Assembly (NCBI GenBank): GCA_019056805.1
Contig: DXJG01000005.1
Location: 1,419-33,418, forward strand
DNA: 32,000 bases
Direction of reading: 5' to 3'
Source of the DNA: Candidatus Baldrarchaeota archaeon
GTDB lineage: Archaea; Asgardarchaeota; Baldrarchaeia; Baldrarchaeales; DXJG01
A program made the translations under genes and the position numbers. The notes under the pieces were generated by a model. It made no database searches. It was not told the DNA's origin and saw only the letters and a list, made by a program, of their open reading frames with translations. Positions 25,733-32,000 of the stretch are shown piece by piece (position 1 is the stretch's first letter; every line of letters starts with the position of its first letter).

Positions 25733-26398
25733 TTATACGTCTAATGCTCTTTCTATTCTTAAAAGTTCGGGACCTGTTGTTGGAAGCCCGGTAGCAGCAC
25801 CATAGGAGTTTGCTATCATTCCAGCACCTACGAATGGTCCGCCATGATTTACAGTTCCAATGTCCACAGGAACTTTAAGTACGGAACTGAGCCATTCTAG
25901 TTCTTCATCTGAAGCCATAGGATGAACAATAGCGCCTTTATTTGTAGCAACGCTCATAGAACCTACAAGTGGCAACCTATAAATTTTACCGCATACCACT
26001 TCAACATCCAAAACATCTTCAATAACTTTAATAGCTTTTCGTTCAATCCCTGGATGCGCAACAACCCCTTTATCATTAGCTAAAATAATATTGCCCAGGG
26101 CTGTCATTTTACTTGGTACTCTTTCGACGACGACCCCAAGTTCTTTCTTTAAAAAATTAATTTCACTATCTAAGGTAAAATAAGGAACTAAAATTCCATT
26201 AGAATTTCCAACAGCGAAAACACCAATAATAGGGCTATCTGCAATTTTAGCTTTTAAAATAGGGACTTTAAATACATCTTCTAATTTTTCTAGGGTTTTT
26301 TGATGAAGATCGAAACGAACTAAAACATATTTATCGGTTGCAATAGCATAAACACCAAGATTTGGATTGCCGTTAAAATTTATTCGGACGATAACCAA
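25733..26398 (-). CDS. eif6: Translation initiation factor 6 (aIF6)
   Basis: GNPNLGVY, IGVFAVGNSNG, ALGNIILAND, VGS..VATNKG..VHP, GTVN.G, TTGPEL.RIE.AL. Confidence 0.96.
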   Translation of the reverse strand: MVIVRINFNGNPNLGVYAIATDKYVLVRFDLHQKTLEKLEDVFKVPILKAKIADSPIIGVFAVGNSNGILVPYFTLDSEINFLKKELGVVVERVPSKMTALGNIILANDKGVVAHPGIERKAIKVIEDVLDVEVVCGKIYRLPLVGSMSVATNKGAIVHPMASDEELEWLSSVLKVPVDIGTVNHGGPFVGAGMIANSYGAATGLPTTGPELLRIERALDV

Positions 26399-26402
26399 GA
26401 AA

Positions 26403-26708
26403 TCACCTCTCCGCCAAGAAAACCTTAACAGTCCCCTCCCTATCTTTAACTACTCTCACTCTTATTTTGCGGGGAGGTGATTGAATACCTCTCTCCCAAA
26501 TTTTCTCGTTAACTTCAGAATCAATAATAATTTTCTCGGGTTTCATGTGTCTTTCAATAAATTGTCTGAGAATTCGAATAGCTTTAGCTGCTCTTTTTTG
26601 CCTAGGTGTGTAGATGAATTTTTTAGCTAAGGGAATAACATATATTCGTTCTTCAACTATTTCTTCTGGAACTTCTTCTTTACTTACTTCTTCCTCTTCT
26701 AATGCCAT
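26403..26708 (-). CDS. rpl31e: Ribosomal protein eL31
   Basis: ERIYVIPL, KRAAKAI..LR.F..RHM, VNEKIWERGI..PPRKIRV. Confidence 0.96.
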   Translation of the reverse strand: MALEEEEVSKEEVPEEIVEERIYVIPLAKKFIYTPRQKRAAKAIRILRQFIERHMKPEKIIIDSEVNEKIWERGIQSPPRKIRVRVVKDREGTVKVFLAER

Positions 26709-26721
26709 GAAGTATCCTCCT

Positions 26722-26877
26722 CTATGGTTTTATTTTTCTATTTCTCCAAGATCTTCTCTTAGGATGAGTACGAACTTTACCTTTAGTGCGAACAATAATC
26801 CATGTGGGAACACTTCTATTTTCTTTAAGAGCAGATGCAAGTCTAAGTTTTTTGCCTAAAGGTTTATTTCTAGCCAA
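26722..26877 (-). CDS. rpl39e: Ribosomal protein eL39 (51 aa, not in the ORF track)
   Basis: Hand translation from TTG: [61 protein letters not shown]. Confidence 0.96.
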   Translation of the reverse strand: MARNKPLGKKLRLASALKENRSVPTWIIVRTKGKVRTHPKRRSWRNRKIKP

Positions 26878-26888
26878 AGGTTTCACCC

Positions 26889-27236
26889 TCATCTAAATTT
26901 TATTTTCGTTTCTCTTCGTCCCCCTTGAACTCTTTTAAGGATTGTTTTAAATTGTTCATCTGTAAGAGGGATAGGAAGTCTTCCTGCTTGAGCTAATCTT
27001 ATTAATTCTAATTCTAATCTTTCTGCAAATTCAGGTCTAACCATCTTTATACGAGCAAGCCTTTCTCTAGCCTCTGGGGACAGTATTCTTCTAAGTATAG
27101 CTTGTTTTTGTACTTCAAGCTGCCTTTTCATCTCTTCCCTTCTCTGCGCCTCCGCTATCTGTCTCTGCAATTCCAATAGTTTCCTTCTTTGTATCTCCTC
27201 TAGTTCTTCGTCCTCAGACAACAATACCATCTCCAA
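26889..27236 (-). CDS. PDCD5-family dsDNA-binding protein
   Basis: [52 protein letters not shown]. The true start may be a few codons downstream. Confidence 0.93.
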   Translation of the reverse strand: MEMVLLSEDEELEEIQRRKLLELQRQIAEAQRREEMKRQLEVQKQAILRRILSPEARERLARIKMVRPEFAERLELELIRLAQAGRLPIPLTDEQFKTILKRVQGGRRETKIKFR

Positions 27237-27241
27237 GATAA

Positions 27242-27694
27242 TTAATACTTCTTAAGTTCTGGTATTTCTTTTTGAAGTTTAAGCTTTACTTCATATGCCA
27301 TCCTATCAAGGAAAGACCTACCAAGTGGAGTAAGTCTCCTGCCAGTTTTATCGACTTTTTCAACTAGTTTAGCTTCTTCCAATTGTTGAAGAATCTTTCT
27401 AATAATTGTTCCACTGCCTTTTCTAAAATGTTCTGGTCTTACGCCTCTCTTTTTCCTGCCACCATACGCAGTTCTCAGTCTTGAAACACCAACTGGACCA
27501 TGAACATAAAGCTTTCTTAAAACAGATGCACATCTAATATACCACCAATCGGGATCAGTAGGTGGATTTTCCTTGTGCACTCCGGTTTTAACGTATGATG
27601 CCCATTCTGGAGGCTTAATTTTGTCACTTTTCTTTAATTCTTCTGCTACTCTCTTAATTAACATATCTGCAGGAACATCGAATACCGTTGCCAT
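27242..27694 (-). CDS. rps19e: Ribosomal protein eS19
   Basis: [24 protein letters not shown]...DWWY.R.AS.LRK.Y, GS.IIRK.LQQLE. Start ATG 27694. Confidence 0.97.
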   Translation of the reverse strand: MATVFDVPADMLIKRVAEELKKSDKIKPPEWASYVKTGVHKENPPTDPDWWYIRCASVLRKLYVHGPVGVSRLRTAYGGRKKRGVRPEHFRKGSGTIIRKILQQLEEAKLVEKVDKTGRRLTPLGRSFLDRMAYEVKLKLQKEIPELKKY

Positions 27695-27755
27695 GCTTAA
27701 TACTCTCCTAAACATTCGTACCAGAAGACGATAGTAACGCAGACATCAAATATAA

Positions 27756-28043
27756 TTATTCCTTAAAAACCTTTCTTCCAACTAAAGGGGAAACAAGTAT
27801 GAAATTTCTGCCTCTAACCTCAACAAGCTTCGCATTAACGAGCTCAGCAACTTTTCTAGCCAATTCAAATCTATCTCCATAAGATAAAGCGGAACGTAAA
27901 ATCTTAACTTTAATTACACTCGTTATCTCAAGATTCTTCTTAATTTCCTTTATCAAACCCTCAGTAATACCAGCCTTTCCAATTCTAATAGTCGCTGGTC
28001 CATGTCGAACCTTACTAATCAATGAATCAATCCTTTTCTGCAT
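27756..28043 (-). CDS. YhbY/CRM-domain RNA-binding protein
   Basis: ATIRIGKAGIT..LIKEI...L...IKVKILR...AELV..RG..FIL. Start ATG 28043. Confidence 0.9.
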   Translation of the reverse strand: MQKRIDSLISKVRHGPATIRIGKAGITEGLIKEIKKNLEITSVIKVKILRSALSYGDRFELARKVAELVNAKLVEVRGRNFILVSPLVGRKVFKE

Positions 28044-28368
28044 TTCTACCACCCACCTTATACGGATAACGCATCTGCCTTCCACACTTCAAACATGTAA
28101 CCACGACGTGAGGAAACCTATTTGTACGAAGCCTAACCCTACAATTAACACCTGGAACAAGGAAAGATTTACAATATTTACAAATTCTACGCTTCAACCA
28201 CCAAGGAATTCTAACCCTACATTTCATACCAATTTTACGAGCTAGATCAACGTATCGTTGAGCTAAATCAGGATACTGCTTGTAGATTTTATCTGCCATT
28301 TCCAGTAGAAGCTCAATCCGTTGTCGAGCAATATCTTTAACAAGTAATTGATCCAACTTTCTCCTCAA
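28027..28368 (-). CDS. rnp4: Ribonuclease P protein component 4 (Rpp21)
   Basis: IARQRIELL, LAQRYV.LAR.I, KRRICKYCKSFLVPG, VVVTCLKCG..MRYPY zinc ribbon. Confidence 0.95.
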   Translation of the reverse strand: MRRKLDQLLVKDIARQRIELLLEMADKIYKQYPDLAQRYVDLARKIGMKCRVRIPWWLKRRICKYCKSFLVPGVNCRVRLRTNRFPHVVVTCLKCGRQMRYPYKVGGRNAEKD

Positions 28369-28489
28369 TAAACACACCTATAGGTAAAGTCTTGAAATAT
28401 TAATATAACCATGTTGATACAAATTAGTCGCTAATCTCCATAATTATATTGAATTAGATACTTAATAACAAGGTTGTGGTGAAGACTAT

Positions 28490-29356
28490 ATGAAAAATTA
28501 CGATGAGATTTTAAAATCATTCTATGAGGTGTTTGGATTTCCTGAAGACCCTCGATCAAAATTAGGGTCTCAAAGATATGAAAAAGCTATTAAAAAATTT
28601 CAAGTCATCGTGGAACATGAATGGTTTAAAAACCTTATTCAAAAGAAGGAAAAAATCAGAATTTTAGAGATATGTAGTGGAATGGGCATTGGAGGAGTTG
28701 CCTTAGCCAAAGTTATAAGTGGAAAGAATATCAATGTAAATTTAATTCTTACGGATCTCCGAGACAACGCTCTTAAAGTAGCTAAAGAATGGGGATACAA
28801 AGAACTTGGAAAAGAAATACAAATAATCAAAGTTGATGCTAAAGAAATTCATACACTTAAAACAAAAGTTGATGTCATTTTAATGTACGGTCTCTCTGCT
28901 CCACATTTCAGTCCATGGGACATGGTCCGTCTCTTAGCATCTGCAAGCGAAATCCTTGTAGATGATGGCCTCATGATTATGGAAGAAGGAGATAGAATCT
29001 ATAGAATATTCTACCAGCGAGGCTACAAAGAAGTACTTCCTGAAAGAGTAGACGAGGAAAAAATGGTAATTTCGGCACATGTAGGCTATGATATGATAAA
29101 AGGAGTCTTTAACCGAGCAGTAATGGATTTGGTAAGTAGATCAAAACCAGTAATTCTAGAAGCTTATTTCTGGGGACTAGCAGAGCTGATGACATTTACA
29201 TGGTTATTCTTCGAAGATATAGATTTTATAAAAGACCCAGAAGGAAATACTACACAAGGATTTATAATAGCGATAAAACCACGACGAAAAATACCACCTA
29301 GCGCCCTTGTAAAAAATCCAAAAATCCTAAGAGATGTCAGAGAAAAAGAACACTAA
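28490..29356 (+). CDS. Class I SAM-dependent methyltransferase
   Basis: Motif I ILEICSGMGIGG, LTDLR, KVDAKEI, DVILMYG, LVDDGLMIME. Substrate unknown. Confidence 0.85.
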   Translation: MKNYDEILKSFYEVFGFPEDPRSKLGSQRYEKAIKKFQVIVEHEWFKNLIQKKEKIRILEICSGMGIGGVALAKVISGKNINVNLILTDLRDNALKVAKEWGYKELGKEIQIIKVDAKEIHTLKTKVDVILMYGLSAPHFSPWDMVRLLASASEILVDDGLMIMEEGDRIYRIFYQRGYKEVLPERVDEEKMVISAHVGYDMIKGVFNRAVMDLVSRSKPVILEAYFWGLAELMTFTWLFFEDIDFIKDPEGNTTQGFIIAIKPRRKIPPSALVKNPKILRDVREKEH

Positions 29357-29512
29357 AAATATATAGAACTCTAGTATTTCCCTTTTGTACTCCCAATAAT
29401 ATTCTTCTTCAAAAACTTTAATAATTAAAGTAGTTAAAAGTTGCTACAAATGGAAAAAGTAACCATATAAAATTTCTAAGAGTATTTTTACCCCTAAGGT
29501 ATTCAGACCTTC

Positions 29513-30016
29513 TTATGATAATGATTCCGACTGATATCTTAAAATTACCTCACATACTTTATCACCCATACTTCTCCTTTTGGTGCAGTAATATTTGACG
29601 TTTTTATTTATTCCGTCTATCAATCCTATATCATATTTTTCAATTGAAGCACACATTTCCGGTGTCCAACCTTTCTTATCTTTCCACAAACATTTTGTCG
29701 CATGAATTATTATTTCATCGTTGTCTTCTTTTACTATGCGACTTTTTATCCCGAAAATACAATTCATAGCCATTAATGCAACCGCGCATCCATGCAAATT
29801 TCTCTCTATTTTCAATACCTTAACAATTTCGTCTGCATGATTTACACCCCAATCGTACATTAGTTTCCCCAATTTTTTCTTATCTTCCTTGTTTAGCATA
29901 TTAAAAACATCTTTGAAAAGCCTGCCAACTCCGCTTGCACTTTTCTTCCATCTGATTCTTGCAGGTATCATATCATGCTTTACCATGAATTCTATTAGTT
30001 TGCTTCTGAGTTTCAT
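29513..30016 (-). CDS. ATC-hydrolase/V4R-clan small protein with a three-Cys site
   Basis: IIHATKCLW...W.PEMC....KYDIGL..GIN......KRRSMGD.VCEV. Start ATG 30016. Confidence 0.7.
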   Translation of the reverse strand: MKLRSKLIEFMVKHDMIPARIRWKKSASGVGRLFKDVFNMLNKEDKKKLGKLMYDWGVNHADEIVKVLKIERNLHGCAVALMAMNCIFGIKSRIVKEDNDEIIIHATKCLWKDKKGWTPEMCASIEKYDIGLIDGINKNVKYYCTKRRSMGDKVCEVILRYQSESLS

Positions 30017-30463
30017 CCCTTCATCTCCCATTTCTAAATTAATTTCGTAACTAATCGATAAATATCCTTTTATCCCGAAAATATCCATTTCTTCTAACAA
30101 CTATTTTACGAAGTTTTGTTCGTTTTAATTTTTTATCTGGAGTTAAAAAGAAATGTTGTAAGTCAAATTAAAATACAAAATATTATGACTAGAGAGTTAA
30201 AGAACTTTCGCAAAGAAAATATCAAATTAATAGGCAGCCTCACCGAAAAATATTCTTAACTTCAATTAAAAATAGATAAATAGATGAGAAAATCTGATTA
30301 GAGAAGCGATATATTACCAAACAAGGTTAACGTATTTTGTTTCAACTCAGATAGAAACTCAAACTCAATATTTTTTATTTTTCTTCTGCCAACAATAAGT
30401 TAACAGAATTATTTCAGTAAACTATTTAACCTTGTATTTCTGAAAACTACAAGGTGTAAAAAC

Positions 30464-31174
30464 ATGCTTATTTTCATATTGGCAGAATCATCGCTGGAAA
30501 CGATACCACCAGAGTTAAGGCAATATAAGGCAATTAAACAACAAGCAATAAAGAGAAGAAAGCGGCCAGGAGAACTATTACTTGACGCATCGCGACACCA
30601 CTACTACATGAGAAAGTTAGAAGATGTTGAAAAGAGGGGGAGACCGGACATAGTCCACATAACATTACTCAACATACTTGGAACTCCCCTAAACAAAGAG
30701 GGACTCCTACAAACCTATGTACATACAATAAACGACAAGGTCCTATATATAGATCCAAAAACAAGACTGCCAAAAAATTACAACCGCTTCGTAGGATTAA
30801 TGGAACAACTATTCGCAAAGAGAAAAGTACCACCAAGGGGTCCTCCACTAATAAAATTAAGAACAAAGACATTAGAAGAACTCCTAAAAGAAATAAACCC
30901 AACTATCACAGCAATTTTTACAGAAAAGGGCGAACCTGTAGAACTTATACAATTAATGAAAGAACTATCCCAACATGAAAAATTAGCAGTAATAGTAGGA
31001 GGATTCCCGCATGGAACATTCAAAGAAAGACACCTACAATTAGCCGACTTTAAAGTATCAATAGATCCAGAACCCTTAGAAGCATGGACAGTAGCATCGA
31101 GAATAATATACGCCTACGAAACAGCAATAAACCTACCAAAAACAAGAATAAACAAACTAAAACAAACAAAATAG
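30464..31174 (+). CDS. nep1: 16S rRNA pseudouridine N1-methyltransferase Nep1/Emg1
   Basis: ILAESSLE, LLDAS.HH, RGRPDIVHITLL, RLPKNYNRFVGLMEQL, IVGGFPHG, PLEAWTV.SRI. Confidence 0.96.
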   Translation: MLIFILAESSLETIPPELRQYKAIKQQAIKRRKRPGELLLDASRHHYYMRKLEDVEKRGRPDIVHITLLNILGTPLNKEGLLQTYVHTINDKVLYIDPKTRLPKNYNRFVGLMEQLFAKRKVPPRGPPLIKLRTKTLEELLKEINPTITAIFTEKGEPVELIQLMKELSQHEKLAVIVGGFPHGTFKERHLQLADFKVSIDPEPLEAWTVASRIIYAYETAINLPKTRINKLKQTK

Positions 31175-31284
31175 GATACCTCTAATTTTAACAAGCTTTC
31201 AAATCATCTTAAAGAACTTCACCATAACATTATCTACATAATACACAACATATTTTATCTAGGGCAAACTGAGTTAAAGGAGCG

Positions 31285-32000
31285 ATGCAATGGATGGAGA
31301 ATTTTCTATACTGGGTTGGATGCATGGCATCCTACCGTGTAAAAGAAATCGCTAAAAATACAATAAAAATTTTAAAACATACGCAAGTTCGTTTTGAAAT
31401 GCTTGGAAACGATGAGGGATGTTGCGGATCAGTATTAATAAGAATTGGAATGCTAGATGAAGCAAGGAAACTTGCGAAACAAATCGCAACCACTTTGAAA
31501 AAGAAAAACATAAACACGATTATAACTTCATGTGCAGGCTGTTACAGAACCTTTGCAAAAGATTACCAAGAACTTCTCGACATTGAAACACCTTTTACAG
31601 TCTTTCATATTTCCCAGTTCCTTGCAAATCTAATAAACAATGGAAAATTGTCTATTTCGAATTTACCACCACTATCAGTTACTTATCACGATCCTTGTCA
31701 CCTCGGCAGACACATGGAAATCTTCAATGAACCTCGCCAAGTCATCAAAGCATTCAATACAGAAATCATCGAAATGAAAAATTCCCTTATGAACTCTAAT
31801 TGCTGTGGAGCAGGTGGAGGATTAATGAGCATATATCGAGAACTCGCAACAGCAATTGCAGAAGACAGACTAAACGAAGCACTAGAAACAGGAACAAAAC
31901 ATTTGATTACAACATGTCCATTTTGCGTATACAATCTAAGAAAAACAGCAGAGAACCTAAACATACCCATACAAGTGATGGACCTCACAGAATTTATCAT
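31285..32000 (+). CDS. (Fe-S)-binding protein with two CCG domains (HdrD C-terminal/LutA-like), truncated by the window edge
   Basis: Hand translation from ATG 31285 (SD AAGGAG): YWVGCMA, EGCCGS, TSCAGCYR, TYHDPCHLGR, NCCGAGGG, TTCPFC. Open to 32000. Confidence 0.9.
   Translation, partial: MQWMENFLYWVGCMASYRVKEIAKNTIKILKHTQVRFEMLGNDEGCCGSVLIRIGMLDEARKLAKQIATTLKKKNINTIITSCAGCYRTFAKDYQELLDIETPFTVFHISQFLANLINNGKLSISNLPPLSVTYHDPCHLGRHMEIFNEPRQVIKAFNTEIIEMKNSLMNSNCCGAGGGLMSIYRELATAIAEDRLNEALETGTKHLITTCPFCVYNLRKTAENLNIPIQVMDLTEFI

Noticed and set aside
1-32000. CRISPR array, IS elements, rRNA
   Set aside because: No regularly spaced 24-40 bp repeats, no terminal inverted repeat/transposase pairs and no long rRNA-like GC-rich tract were seen.
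31285-32000. Stand-alone CCG protein lacking the ferredoxin domain as a novelty
   Set aside because: Two-CCG stand-alone proteins (LutA/HdrB-like architecture) are common.

Overview
AT-rich archaeal window, roughly 35% GC by eye, with strong GGAGG/GGTGA Shine-Dalgarno sites. The lineage is inferred to be an FtsZ-bearing, probably thermophilic non-crenarchaeal archaeon (Asgard/TACK-like); this was not verified. (1) 1-11 kb is an accessory catabolic island: a glycyl-radical enzyme running off the left edge, a TrpB2-like PLP enzyme whose catalytic Glu is replaced by Pro, a small unknown protein, a V4R-like protein, a Cys-rich GidA/TrmFO-fold flavoprotein, an NRAMP-fold transporter without metal motifs, an amidohydrolase, EtfBA and an acyl-CoA dehydrogenase. 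(2) 11.4-17.7 kb holds three tRNA genes (Leu-GAG, Thr-CGT, Arg-TCT), each with two introns (D-arm plus anticodon loop). Between tRNA-Leu and tRNA-Thr lie a KaiC/RecA-like + Roadblock + Roadblock + frameshifted 7-TM operon and a ~64% GC island encoding a 16-aa peptide (MWVTPLVTTWSDRPPP) within attenuator-like alternative hairpins. thiL and a radical SAM-HhH gene follow. (3) 17.8-28.4 kb is the conserved archaeal cluster rnp4-yhbY-rps19e-PDCD5-rpl39e-rpl31e-eif6-rpl18a-pfdA-ftsY-argF-ftsZ-secE-spt5-rpl11-rpl1-rpl10-rpl12-DUF434. (4) 28.5-32 kb has a methyltransferase, an ATC-hydrolase/V4R-like protein, nep1 and a truncated CCG Fe-S protein. The ORF track misses the glycyl-radical enzyme, secE, rpl39e, the CCG protein and the N-terminus of the 7-TM gene. 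All family assignments come from motif recognition by eye; no searches were run.
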